Assembly (NCBI GenBank): GCA_050239825.1
Contig: JBFXGO010000001.1
Coordinates: forward strand, 3,188-67,187
Source: a bacterium
GTDB taxonomy: Bacteria > Hydrothermota > 32-111
Direction of reading: 5' to 3'
DNA: 64,000 nucleotides
Shown: positions 9,601 through 19,083 of the stretch, in pieces
Layout of the letters: every line of letters starts with the position of its first letter
Numbering within the stretch: position 1 is the first letter of the stretch
Translations under genes and position numbers: made by a program
The notes under the pieces: generated by a model
What the model was told of the DNA's origin: nothing
What the model saw: only the letters and a program-made list of their open reading frames with translations
Databases searched by the model: none

Positions 9601-10349
9601 TGACAGACGATTTCGAAGAGAGAAATTTTGAGAACAGGATTCTCATCACATCTGTATGTGAAGATGATTCCTTCGTCCACTCCGGTATTGATGTTCTTCA
9701 TGCAAAGTATTCTCCCGACAGCTCTGCATCCTCCGGAGAGATAAGTTTCTTCTCAAATGAGAAACCTCTTGAAGATTCAATCACTCTTCCGTTGGAGTAT
9801 CCCATTGAAGTCAATTTCACTTCAAACATAGGTGTTTACATGGGCAGTATTCAGAGATATCTTCCATCTCTTACTGCAAAAGGCAATGCCTCTGTATCGT
9901 CTGAGAATAAGATATTCGTGAAAACGGACAGCTCATCATCTAATTATTACAGTGTATCCTCCGCGCAGGATGTTGATACTGTAACGGCAGTGATATACGA
10001 TTCAAATCTGAAGGAGTTCAGAAAGAGCATAATCATAAGACACAATTTTAAATCCAAGAGCGAAAAAAGATTCAATCTGTATCCCAATCCTTTTTCAGAT
10101 GCATTTACAATCTCCTTCACATCCTCCGCGGGCGGAACTATGAAATGGAAACTTATCGACTCAAGGGGATTTATAGCATCTGCAGGCGAGGAGATTGTGC
10201 AGGGAGGATACAATTCAATAAAGATTGCTCCGAATGACAGGATGCTTGAAAGAGACCTTGAAACAGGAATTTACATGTTCACGGCGGATTTCATATACTA
10301 CGGTAAAAGCGAAATTGTCCGTGAGAAAAGAAAGGTGGTGAAGTTATGA
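6675..10349 (+). CDS. Large secreted peptidase, C25 (gingipain)-like, with T9SS C-terminal sorting domain.
   Basis: Signal peptide. The His/Cys dyad context FFYGHGSYYT...FLFGTCQVGQF resembles C25 peptidases. C-terminus LYPNPFSDAFTISF... is a canonical T9SS CTD. Confidence 0.6.
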   Translation: MKFKALLFSLSFIAIALFSAENITVSTKGLKIEYSPVYVNNRLTDCAIEKNVLIKYLYINVPEGAVRVHVGDAEWKRNEGESDRKIVSKLYDLQYEYAGRQRILRIALYPARKQGSDTYTLKRVFIEVDFEKALSKSGKDNPLFASSLNREFVSKGFMSERSDRIPFMSYLDLKVKDSGIYRVDYKTIKDAGIDPQNLSVGNFGLYTQKNVMLPIDTAEFLSYLNPPKTPYLFVGDDDDDFEDGEYILFYGESPNGDSINFYMNYDIYNNPFSDYRHYMLVFNDKNPIKANNLVFSFEKDEHRIFNEKVMHYDSINPLLSGYGWVWKKFSLVKDSGDFEYEFDFETPDFAGESCTISLSFFFPNGGDTSTVEVKMNDSFLGTIEYGTEMRYTPAVFSFSSNNLAANNKVILTAKNIDNLTKSFYLSEFRVKYEADTDNPDDIVIKNASFRYLNLNPTSDIYCFVKNGGNYYLGGIAAGENISLDILSGEFAFLTNEIKKPENARWVDNSKIYADIEGCDILIIAGDNFREAVIPYTQYRKSQGYIVKTFEIGRIADAFGFGVSSPSAVKAFLEYGFREWKNFPEYLILLGSGSYDFKNRQNIHENRNVVPVYETGYGIFEEALLSASTTWCVDRWYALLTGEDQYIDIIPGRITAMNREEAFDALLKVIDYETKTPTFMKNKMMVISDDEYGGRISETFNETGFFVDAEDLSGLLESRFPVRKLYLMDYIGSLQGDEEHWPYNPGYKRDVRFVIRDYLNEGIAYGFFYGHGSYYTLTHEHILLYPDDIELLDNTNRYPIFLFGTCQVGQFDNDFGAIGAEFQKLPKSGFSAVIASTRAIFEYESVSILYNSFASNLIAGGFNTIGEYYLSMINDGRYFSTSHVLFGDPSMRVKKHLFDVSVLTEDTLMLGALNDIGYDAEFDFIGPMSVDLYQPFYTDSHDYLHILPYAYLYYVKSDGVMSRTETKIDSNTLSVYLTDDFEERNFENRILITSVCEDDSFVHSGIDVLHAKYSPDSSASSGEISFFSNEKPLEDSITLPLEYPIEVNFTSNIGVYMGSIQRYLPSLTAKGNASVSSENKIFVKTDSSSSNYYSVSSAQDVDTVTAVIYDSNLKEFRKSIIIRHNFKSKSEKRFNLYPNPFSDAFTISFTSSAGGTMKWKLIDSRGFIASAGEEIVQGGYNSIKIAPNDRMLERDLETGIYMFTADFIYYGKSEIVREKRKVVKL

Positions 10350-11650
10350 AGATTTTAATCCGAATCCTCGCGTTTTGTCTGACTCTCTCTCTCTCCGCAG
10401 AAACAAATGTAATGGATATATTCATAGGCGCAGAGAGGGTCGGATGGTATCGGATGGAAACAAAAAAGAAGAATTCATTCATTGAGGTGACTGAAAATTC
10501 GAAGATGTCGATAACAGTCTATGGAAATACGATGAATGTTTCAGCCCACTCTTTTTCACTTTATGACACCAACTGGGCGATGATAAAATTCCTTTCAGGA
10601 GTGGAGAGTGAGCAACTCTCATTCTTTGTCAATGGATTCATAAAAGACGGAAAACTCACTGTCAAATCTGATGTTGCGCAGGGATACACCGAGGATGTAT
10701 TTGACATAGAGAACAAAATTCTTCTTTTCAATGTTGAATCAGCCACTATGGATCTGTTGGGAAAAGAGATTTATCAGTACAATCCATTAACCAGAAAACT
10801 GGAAAAGATAAAAGTAAAGGAGAAGGGAAGCGAGACTCTGAAGATAATGGAAAAATCGGTTCCGACTGATGTATACCAGTTTACAGGTGAAAGCGGAGAC
10901 TGGAAAGTTTATTTCAACAAGAAAGGCGAAGTCGTAAAGAGCATCTCGGGAGAGGGAATCTCTATGGTAAAGACTGATTCCGCGAGAGATATATCTGCTC
11001 CGATAGATATTCTAAGCTGGTTTTTCATTTCTGCAGAAGGTGATTTTAAGTCAATAGCAAAAGCAGAAAAAGCAGTCTTCATAATAACCGGCATAGAGAA
11101 TGACACTCTGTCAAATTACAGGCAGAAGCAGAGCATGGACACTTTGACTGTCTTTAAAAAGGCATTGTTTGTACCCGACACCCTCTCGGTTATGGACACA
11201 TTCTATCTTAAAGCGGGAAGCATGGTGAAGAATGCCGCCAAAGAGATAAGAAAGAAGGGGGATGCGGACTCATTGAAAATGATGCAGAATGCTCTTGCCT
11301 ATGTAAATAAAAAACTGAAGAAGGGGATCTATTCAGGTCTTCTTACAAGCGAGGAAATTTTAAAGCAAGGATACGGCGACTGCACCGAGCATGCGCAGGT
11401 TTTTGCTTCAATAGCCTCTGAGCTGGGTTTTGAAACCGATATTGTCTCCGGAATAGTTTATTCGAAGGATGGATTCTATTATCATGCATGGAACAGAATA
11501 CTTTATAAAAACAAAATTTACACTCTTGATGCGACATTCAATCAGTTTGAAGCAGATGTGTCGCACATACAGCTGTCAGAGGGATTCCCACCGATGAGAG
11601 TTCTCCTTTCAGATATGTCGGGAACCATATCGGTCAGGAGGATTAAATGA
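10346..11650 (+). CDS. Secreted transglutaminase-like cysteine peptidase domain protein.
   Basis: Signal peptide. Transglutaminase-core Cys-His-Asp arrangement: GYGDCTEHAQVF ... YYHAWNRI ... LDAT. Confidence 0.7.
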   Translation: MKILIRILAFCLTLSLSAETNVMDIFIGAERVGWYRMETKKKNSFIEVTENSKMSITVYGNTMNVSAHSFSLYDTNWAMIKFLSGVESEQLSFFVNGFIKDGKLTVKSDVAQGYTEDVFDIENKILLFNVESATMDLLGKEIYQYNPLTRKLEKIKVKEKGSETLKIMEKSVPTDVYQFTGESGDWKVYFNKKGEVVKSISGEGISMVKTDSARDISAPIDILSWFFISAEGDFKSIAKAEKAVFIITGIENDTLSNYRQKQSMDTLTVFKKALFVPDTLSVMDTFYLKAGSMVKNAAKEIRKKGDADSLKMMQNALAYVNKKLKKGIYSGLLTSEEILKQGYGDCTEHAQVFASIASELGFETDIVSGIVYSKDGFYYHAWNRILYKNKIYTLDATFNQFEADVSHIQLSEGFPPMRVLLSDMSGTISVRRIK

Positions 11651-12555
11651 AGAGATTGTTTCTCATCTTGATATCAGCAGTTTTCTTCATATCCGCAGAG
11701 AGCGATCTCATAGTGTATGGATTTTCTGATGACGCATCTCATTTTGCATTTGCCTATGAACCCAAAGATCCGACTGTTCAGAGCGGAGGATTAAAGATCT
11801 TAAGCATTAAAGAGAATTCTTTGACTGCGGATACTCTGCTTAATGAATTTGAAGACTCATACTCCTCTCTGAAAGATGTCTCTGATTTCTTCAACTTTCA
11901 TTTTAGGGAAGTTCTCGGCTTCAATGGCGAGACACTCTGCAAAGAGTTTTCAGGCAATGCACAAGACGGAGTGATAGATATTCTCGGCATAAATACAGGC
12001 AAAATAACATACTCGATAAACAAGTCTGTAAATGATTTCGGTTACTATGATTATACGACCACTGTTAGAGTTGAGGATAGACCACCTGTGATGTTCGACT
12101 CCAAACTGACCGATATTTACGGAGCCTATATGGCAGACGATTCTTTGTGCGTAATCATAACCAAAGGAATTGTCACCGGATTTGAAGGTACATTTTCGGA
12201 AGATTTCAACATTTTCTCTGTAAATGCAAAATCCGAGAATCTTTCCGATTCCTTTCTAAAGGAGAGGATGTTGGAGCTCAACATTAAAAAAGTGCGGAGA
12301 ATAATGGATGATTTCTTTTCAGAACATCATGAAATATACCCTGATAATGTCGACCTGCTCAACAGGTATGGAAAGGTCATTGAAAATCCGATCAATGAGA
12401 AGAATGAACAGATTGTCTTCTGCGGCAAACTGCCGAAATTCATTTCAAAGTATGAGGGCGCGATCTTCATAACCGTGGGCGACGCCAGGCAGTCATACAA
12501 AATATTTTACGGCGGAAAAAATGAATTCATAGAGGCAAAGGAGAAAGAAAAATGA
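11647..12555 (+). CDS. Hypothetical secreted protein.
   Basis: Signal peptide MKRLFLILISAVFFISAES. No recognisable motif. Translationally coupled to its neighbours. Confidence 0.45.
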   Translation: MKRLFLILISAVFFISAESDLIVYGFSDDASHFAFAYEPKDPTVQSGGLKILSIKENSLTADTLLNEFEDSYSSLKDVSDFFNFHFREVLGFNGETLCKEFSGNAQDGVIDILGINTGKITYSINKSVNDFGYYDYTTTVRVEDRPPVMFDSKLTDIYGAYMADDSLCVIITKGIVTGFEGTFSEDFNIFSVNAKSENLSDSFLKERMLELNIKKVRRIMDDFFSEHHEIYPDNVDLLNRYGKVIENPINEKNEQIVFCGKLPKFISKYEGAIFITVGDARQSYKIFYGGKNEFIEAKEKEK

Positions 12556-13217
12556 AACTGAATGATTTTATAGACCACACTCTGCTGAAGGCCGGAGCAA
12601 CCAAGGATGATATAAAGAGACTCTGCGATGAAGCGACGGCTCACAATTTTTATGCGGTCTGCGTAAATCCCTGCTGGGTGATGACAGTGAAGACTCTGCT
12701 TAAGGGAAGCAGTGTGAAAGTTGCGTCCGTAGTGGGATTTCCTCTCGGAGCAAACAGAATGGAGGTAAAGGTGAGGGAGACAATCATAGCCATAGAGGAC
12801 GGCGCGGATGAGATTGACATGGTTATCAATATTGGTGATTTCAAGGGCGGAAATTATGAATCGGTTCTCAATGAAATAATAGGAATCAGAGAGGCGTCCA
12901 AGGGGTCTCTTCTGAAGGTGATAGTTGAAACAGCGCTTCTTACGCGTGAGGAGAAAATAAAAGTAGCCGCGCTTGTTATTCAGGCAAAGGCAGATTTCAT
13001 CAAGACATCGACGGGATTTTCCACGGGTGGGGCGGCTCTTGAAGATGTGAAGCTGTTTAAGGAACTGTCCGGCGGGAAGATAAAGATAAAGGCGAGCGGC
13101 GGAATAAGGGATCTTAAGACTGCTGAGGCAATGATAAAAGAAGGCGCGGCAAGAATCGGATGCTCATCATCCGTTTCAATAATGGCGGAGCTTAATGAAC
13201 GCACCTCAAATAATTAG
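12552..13217 (+). CDS. deoC: Deoxyribose-phosphate aldolase.
   Basis: FYAVCVNPCWV, VGFPLGAN, Schiff-base lysine context FIKTSTGF, KIKASGGIR. Confidence 0.9.
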   Translation: MKLNDFIDHTLLKAGATKDDIKRLCDEATAHNFYAVCVNPCWVMTVKTLLKGSSVKVASVVGFPLGANRMEVKVRETIIAIEDGADEIDMVINIGDFKGGNYESVLNEIIGIREASKGSLLKVIVETALLTREEKIKVAALVIQAKADFIKTSTGFSTGGAALEDVKLFKELSGGKIKIKASGGIRDLKTAEAMIKEGAARIGCSSSVSIMAELNERTSNN

Positions 13218-14490
13218 GAAAAAGAGAGAGAGGGAGATTCTCTCTGCTGAAGAGATATTGTTTATGGTTGACGGATATGTCAGGGGTGATGTGCCGGATT
13301 ATCAGATGTCGGCTTTTTTAATGGCATCCTTTTTAAACGGTTTGAATGAAAGAGAGACTCTTCATCTGACAAAAGCGATGAGCGAATCAGGCGATGTGTA
13401 TGATTTTTCAGAAATAGATGGAATAAAGGTTGACAAACATTCAACCGGAGGAGTGGGAGACAAGGTGTCAATACCTCTTGCTCCGATTTTGGCTGAGCTT
13501 GGGTTTTATGTTCCCATGGTCTCCGGAAGAGGGCTCGGTCACACCGGAGGCACTCTCGACAAGCTGGAGTCAATAAAAGGATTCAATGTAAACCTCACAA
13601 AGGATGAATTTAAAAGAATATTGAAAACAAACAGAATGGCAATGGCAGGGCAGACAGAATCCTTTGTGCCGGCTGACAAGAAGATGTACGCTCTGAGGGA
13701 TGTTACTGCCACTGTGGAATCCATACCTCTTATCACAGCATCAATAATGAGCAAGAAGCTTTCAGAGGGGATAGATATGCTCTTTTTGGATGTAAAGACG
13801 GGCAACGGAGCATTCATGAAGGATTTTGAGGATGCAAAAATTCTTGCGGACAAGATGTATGAACTTGGAGAATCAATGGGAAAGAAGATGGCATATATGA
13901 TATCGGACATGTCGCAGCCTCTGGGTGATTTTGCAGGCAATGGCTGTGAAATTTTAGAGTCTGCCGGTATATTGAAAGGAGAAATAAAAAACAGAGCGGC
14001 GGAAATTGTCGAGGAGACCGCATGCATGATAATGAAGAAGAATTCAGTGGGGGCAGACGACAATGAAAGAAGAAAAAAATATATTGAAGTGATTGAAAGC
14101 GGCAGAGGATACGAAAGATTTGAGAAAATGATTTCCATACAGGGAGGAGATGTCAATTCAATCACGGATGAAGCTCTTCTGCACAAAAGGTCATTTGAAG
14201 TAAAGGCGGTAAAGAACGGATTTCTGACAGGATTTGACACATACAAAATAGGAATTGCGCTGATATATATGAAGGCCGGCAGATTTACAAAAGAGAGTTC
14301 GATAGACCACAGAGCGGGAATAAAGATAAACAAGAGAATCGGAGATATGGTTTCAAAAGGAGAGTCGGTGTTTACAGTCTTTTCCGAAGAGGGCATTGAA
14401 GAAGCTGAAAGAATACTGACCGAGTGTTTTACAATAGGCAGTGAAGAATGCAAGGAGACAAAATTAATAAAGTGCGTGAGGGGTGTGTGA
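13195..14490 (+). CDS. deoA: Thymidine / pyrimidine-nucleoside phosphorylase.
   Basis: Signature HSTGGVGDKVS, the N-terminal ...QMSAFLMA motif, and 431-aa length. Confidence 0.9.
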   Translation: MNAPQIIRKKREREILSAEEILFMVDGYVRGDVPDYQMSAFLMASFLNGLNERETLHLTKAMSESGDVYDFSEIDGIKVDKHSTGGVGDKVSIPLAPILAELGFYVPMVSGRGLGHTGGTLDKLESIKGFNVNLTKDEFKRILKTNRMAMAGQTESFVPADKKMYALRDVTATVESIPLITASIMSKKLSEGIDMLFLDVKTGNGAFMKDFEDAKILADKMYELGESMGKKMAYMISDMSQPLGDFAGNGCEILESAGILKGEIKNRAAEIVEETACMIMKKNSVGADDNERRKKYIEVIESGRGYERFEKMISIQGGDVNSITDEALLHKRSFEVKAVKNGFLTGFDTYKIGIALIYMKAGRFTKESSIDHRAGIKINKRIGDMVSKGESVFTVFSEEGIEEAERILTECFTIGSEECKETKLIKCVRGV

Positions 14491-16145
14491 TGAGAAAGAT
14501 TCTTTTATCGTTACTGATGTTTGTTTTGTTCCTAATCTCTTTTGGTTCGGATTTTATAGATATTAAAGAACTCGATAGAGGTATGAAGGGATACTGCATA
14601 ACTGTATTTGAAGAGACAAAGACCGACACATTTGAAGTGGAGGTTATTGATGTCATATCCGAAGGAGAAGCATCTGTCGAGATGGTTCTGGTTAAATGTT
14701 TCGGCGACAAAATCGAGAAGACCGGAATCGCGCAGGGAATGAGCGGAAGTCCGGTCTATTTCAACGGAAAGCTCTTCGGAAGCATGAGCTATACTTGGGA
14801 TAATCTGAAAGAGCCGATAGGAGGCGTTGTACCGATTAAAAGAATGCTTGAAATAGATTTATTTGAAAATCAAAATATGGATGTGAAGGGATACAAGCTC
14901 AAGGAGATAGCCGTGCCGGTAGTTCTCACCGGAGTAGATGAAAGGGTGCTTGAGGATCTGAGGGATGATGTTGGAGTTTTAAAATATGCGGTATCGGGAA
15001 AGAACAGCTTTGCGGCAAAAAATCTTTCCGGAGAATTGTCCCCCGGGAAAAGCATAGCAATTAAGCTTATAGAAGGCGACATGTCAGCCTCGGCAATTGG
15101 CACTGTGACATATGTTTCCGACAACAGAGTTTATTCTCTCGGTCATCCTTTCAATCTCAAAGGGAATGTAGAGTATCCGGTCTCCGAAGCTTACATATAC
15201 ACTGTTCTTCCAAGAAATGACATCTCCTATAAGATGGGTTTTCCTCTTTTAAAGAGCCTTGGCTGTGCGGTGCAGGACAGAACCTACGGAATACTCTCTT
15301 TAAGCGATAAGAGCGCGCGAATGGTAAATGTATCGTTCGTCATGAACAACGGCAAGAGAATCTCCATGAAATTTGCCAAGGAGAATGAAATAATAGCATC
15401 ATATCTTCCTCTGATGTTTGTCTCCGCAATCTCAAATAGCTACAAGACAGCCGGACCGATGACTGCCGACTATAAGATGAGCGTCTTTTCAAACAACAAA
15501 AAGAAGCTTGAATACAAAAACATGGTGACGGGAGAGAATCTGTTTTTGGGAATCTATTTTGACCTGCAATCCATTCTTTATTCATACTTCTACAATATGT
15601 ACGAAAATATCAATCCCGATTCCATTGTGATAGAGTCTTCGGTCAACGAAGAAATAAATCAGTATTTTATCTGGGACATCCGCACGGATAAGAAATATTA
15701 CAGTCCCGGGGAGACAGTCGAGGGAAATGTTCTTATGAAGACTTACAAGGGAAACAATGAGATGCAGCCCTTCTCATTTCTCATTCCCGATAATTGTCCG
15801 CTTGATTCAATGCTTCTCTATGTGGCTGGAGGGAAGAGCGACATAATGAGCGACGCCGCGAGAAGCGAAGCAAAATACCAGTACAAAAATATAAAAACTT
15901 TTGAAGATATTGTAAATAATGTCAATCCTTCAAACAGTATAGTTTTAAAGCTCTTCGGAAGAAGACGGGGATTTGTGGATAACAACAGGGAGTATTTCAA
16001 ATTGCCTCAAAGCTTTATCAACAAGCAGATTCTCTCCGGCAAAAAGAGCATAATGTCCGACATCCTCTATAAAAAGATTCTGCTTACAAACGGAGTAATT
16101 GAAGGTGAAGCAACCACGATTTTGAAAATCAGGAGGTCTCAATGA
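14490..16145 (+). CDS. Secreted putative serine peptidase, possibly S55/SpoIVB-like.
   Basis: Start ATG overlaps the deoA stop (TGATG). Signal/TM segment. Motif GIAQGMSGSPVY resembles the SpoIVB-family catalytic-serine context. Confidence 0.4.
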   Translation: MRKILLSLLMFVLFLISFGSDFIDIKELDRGMKGYCITVFEETKTDTFEVEVIDVISEGEASVEMVLVKCFGDKIEKTGIAQGMSGSPVYFNGKLFGSMSYTWDNLKEPIGGVVPIKRMLEIDLFENQNMDVKGYKLKEIAVPVVLTGVDERVLEDLRDDVGVLKYAVSGKNSFAAKNLSGELSPGKSIAIKLIEGDMSASAIGTVTYVSDNRVYSLGHPFNLKGNVEYPVSEAYIYTVLPRNDISYKMGFPLLKSLGCAVQDRTYGILSLSDKSARMVNVSFVMNNGKRISMKFAKENEIIASYLPLMFVSAISNSYKTAGPMTADYKMSVFSNNKKKLEYKNMVTGENLFLGIYFDLQSILYSYFYNMYENINPDSIVIESSVNEEINQYFIWDIRTDKKYYSPGETVEGNVLMKTYKGNNEMQPFSFLIPDNCPLDSMLLYVAGGKSDIMSDAARSEAKYQYKNIKTFEDIVNNVNPSNSIVLKLFGRRRGFVDNNREYFKLPQSFINKQILSGKKSIMSDILYKKILLTNGVIEGEATTILKIRRSQ

Positions 16146-18076
16146 AGAAATTATTATCGACAGTTCTGACACTCATTCTGTTCATCTTTGCCTTCTCGCT
16201 GGAGACAGGTAAGATGACTGATGACTTATACTCTTCCAGACAATTCCTTCAGCTTTCATCGGGAGTGGCATTGAATGAAAAATTTGCAATTCCTTCCTTT
16301 AAAGTTTCTCTCTTCAAAAATAATCTTGCGGAACCGGTATATTCTATGACTCTTCATAACGGGCATCTGATAGCCGGAGGCGGCGGGATAGGCAAAATAA
16401 CAGACCTTGAAGATAACTCTATTATGGCGGAATTCAGCGAAGGAGAGATTGTTTACACGGTTTTATCTCTTGACAGCAAGACACTGATTGCCGCTCTTCA
16501 ACCTAAGGGAATAATCGTGAAACTCTCTGAAAAGAAAGTTGACACTATATTCTCCTCGGAGGCGAGCATAAATCTTCTCAAAAAGACCGGAGGGGTTGTC
16601 TATGCGGCTGTCGGAAATGAAATCTATGTTTACTCTTCAGGCAAATTTGAAAAGCTTTTGAAAGTCAATGATAGAAATATTCTTTACTTTGAAGAAATAA
16701 ACGGCGACCTTTATATATCAACAGAGGGCAAAGGAAAACTGATAAAATACTCCTTCAAGGAGAAGACTCAGGAGGTAATATTCTCTCTCAACGGAGGAGA
16801 GATAGTTTTTTTCAAATTTGAAAAAGAGAGGATAGTTGTCGCGGCTAACTCTTTGGCAAGCGGTGGAGAGGGGATGGAAGTTTACAGCGGACTCCTGCTC
16901 TCCCTGAAAGACTCGGCTCCGGACACACTGGCGAAGGAGGATTTTCCATATTCATGCTGTGCAGAAGCACTCGGAGGCGTTCTTCTGACTGCATCTGTGC
17001 CCGGAAGGTGCTATTTCTATGATTTTGAAAACTATCTGTATCTCGGCTCATCGGAAAATGATTTCATAATGTCCTCATACGGAGATGAAAACATAGCATA
17101 TATCGCAACGGCGGAGGCAAATTCAATAATTAAACTCTCCGATGTAAACAAGGATGCGGAATTCTCTTCGTCTGTCATTGACCCTCAGAAAAACATAACA
17201 GTGACAGCTTTCTATCCGCGGACAAAGAAACCCGGCAAACTCTTCATAAGAACGGGAAATACATTTAATGTGGATTCAACATGGAGTCCTTTCATGCTTG
17301 TCAAGCAGCAGGAGAATGAATCTTTAAAAAATTCACGCTATTTACAGTACAAGTACAGGTTTTCAGGGATTGACGACACTCTTTACAATGTGTCATTCTT
17401 CTTCAAGACAGTCAATCACGCTCCCAAGTTCAGATCAATAAAAGTATATCCGGAGAGAGTGCTTCCCGACTATGCGGCTACTGTTGAATGGGATGCTGAG
17501 TTCTTGCAGAAGAGGTCATTCTATCCTGAGCTGAAGGACAACTCGATTTACAAATCAAAAAGAAATGTGAGATTTTTTCTTTGGGAATGTTTTGATATTG
17601 ATATGGACAAGCTTATATACGACATCTCTCTCATATCTTCTCAAAATACTTATCTGATTAAAAAATCATTTTTTGACTCATTTGCCGTGGTAAATCTGGA
17701 GTCATTTCCCGAAGGATGGTACAGAGCGAAGGTTGTGGCATCCGATTCCATCGAAAACAATGAGTATCTTAAAGGAATGATAGAAAGTGAAGAATTTTTC
17801 ATCGACAGGACACCGGCATCAATAATTGACGAATCCTTTGAGAAAAATATTCTTTCATTCACAGTAAAGGACAATTTTTCCTTGATTGACAATGTCGAGT
17901 ATTCGGTAAACGGAGAGAGCTATAAAAGAGTTTTGCCTCTTGATGGAGTGTGTGATTCAAAAACAGAGAAGTATGAAATAAAGATTGAGAGGGAAAAAGG
18001 GCAGACGCTTTCGATAATTGTAAAAGCAACAGATGCATCCGGCAATTATTCCGTAATGACCAAGGCAGTCAAGTGA
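16142..18076 (+). CDS. Hypothetical secreted protein (644 aa).
   Basis: AGGAGG RBS. Signal peptide. No recognisable catalytic motif. Confidence 0.45.
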   Translation: MKKLLSTVLTLILFIFAFSLETGKMTDDLYSSRQFLQLSSGVALNEKFAIPSFKVSLFKNNLAEPVYSMTLHNGHLIAGGGGIGKITDLEDNSIMAEFSEGEIVYTVLSLDSKTLIAALQPKGIIVKLSEKKVDTIFSSEASINLLKKTGGVVYAAVGNEIYVYSSGKFEKLLKVNDRNILYFEEINGDLYISTEGKGKLIKYSFKEKTQEVIFSLNGGEIVFFKFEKERIVVAANSLASGGEGMEVYSGLLLSLKDSAPDTLAKEDFPYSCCAEALGGVLLTASVPGRCYFYDFENYLYLGSSENDFIMSSYGDENIAYIATAEANSIIKLSDVNKDAEFSSSVIDPQKNITVTAFYPRTKKPGKLFIRTGNTFNVDSTWSPFMLVKQQENESLKNSRYLQYKYRFSGIDDTLYNVSFFFKTVNHAPKFRSIKVYPERVLPDYAATVEWDAEFLQKRSFYPELKDNSIYKSKRNVRFFLWECFDIDMDKLIYDISLISSQNTYLIKKSFFDSFAVVNLESFPEGWYRAKVVASDSIENNEYLKGMIESEEFFIDRTPASIIDESFEKNILSFTVKDNFSLIDNVEYSVNGESYKRVLPLDGVCDSKTEKYEIKIEREKGQTLSIIVKATDASGNYSVMTKAVK

Positions 18077-19083
18077 AAATTTTCGGAGCCGCCGGGTCTA
18101 TGAAGAGTACATTGAACTGCATAGACACGGAAAAAATTTACCTGAAAGCATTTAAATCCTGCATGGGATTTAAAACATTTCCTCTATCCGACGGCGGGGA
18201 CGGATTTCTTTTGACAATGAAGAGAATCTTTCCCGAGTTAAAAGAGAAAAAAATTAAAACTCTATCCTGCGACGGCAGGATAATCCATGCAAAAGTGCTA
18301 TGCGGCAAAGATGTTGCTTTCATAGAGTCAGCCCTTGTCTGCGGAGTTATGAAAAAACACATCCCGATAACCGACAGGTCGAGTGAGGGAGTTGGAATAT
18401 TGATTAAGGAACTGTATGACAAAAAGAGAAGAGTTGTCTTGGGCATAGGCGGCACATTGACATGCGACATAGGTTATGGAATGCTGAAGGGACTCGGCAT
18501 GGACTGCGAAGCATACATAGGCACCTCTGTTTTGAAAGATCTGCGCAATAGAAAGCCGTATCCCCTTCTGTGCGGAGTGGCGGATGTAGAATCTTTTCTT
18601 GAGGGTGAATACGGAGCGGTTATGTATCTTAAACAGAAGAAAGCGACATACTCACAGATAAAGAGAATGAAGGATTACCTGAATGAAACTTCAAAAAAAT
18701 TGAAATCGGAGAGGATGAAGCACTCGGGAGCAGGAGGCGGACTGGGGCTTGCGGTTATTCTTGCGGGAGGCAGAGTCATGGGTAATTTTGATTTTTTAAA
18801 TTCTGTTATAAACCTGAGAAGAGAGATAAAAGCTGCTGATGCCATTATTGTAAATGAGGGAAGTTTCGATAAGCAGTCGATGAGCGGAAAACTCACAGGC
18901 AGAATAGCTCAAGAGGCTTTGAAAGATGGAAAGAGAGTGGCGATACTTGCTGGGAATTTCGAAATAAAACCGAGGAAAACATTGTGCATAAAAGTCAACA
19001 TGCCTGTTAAAAAAGACAAAAGAAATTACAGAAATGAGTTTTTAAAATCGTCAATAAGAACAAAGGAGCTTTTGTATGGATGA
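18073..19083 (+). CDS. Glycerate kinase family protein.
   Basis: SDGGDGF (family ADGGEGT), GAGGGLGLAV, and C-terminal IIVNEGSFDKQSMSGKLTG (family ITGEGRxDxQSxxGK). Confidence 0.65.
   Translation: MKIFGAAGSMKSTLNCIDTEKIYLKAFKSCMGFKTFPLSDGGDGFLLTMKRIFPELKEKKIKTLSCDGRIIHAKVLCGKDVAFIESALVCGVMKKHIPITDRSSEGVGILIKELYDKKRRVVLGIGGTLTCDIGYGMLKGLGMDCEAYIGTSVLKDLRNRKPYPLLCGVADVESFLEGEYGAVMYLKQKKATYSQIKRMKDYLNETSKKLKSERMKHSGAGGGLGLAVILAGGRVMGNFDFLNSVINLRREIKAADAIIVNEGSFDKQSMSGKLTGRIAQEALKDGKRVAILAGNFEIKPRKTLCIKVNMPVKKDKRNYRNEFLKSSIRTKELLYG

Noticed and set aside
13539-14453. 304-aa minus-strand ORF antisense to deoA
   Set aside because: It fully overlaps a strongly conserved gene with diagnostic motifs. 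It has no RBS and a low-complexity S/I/F-rich translation.
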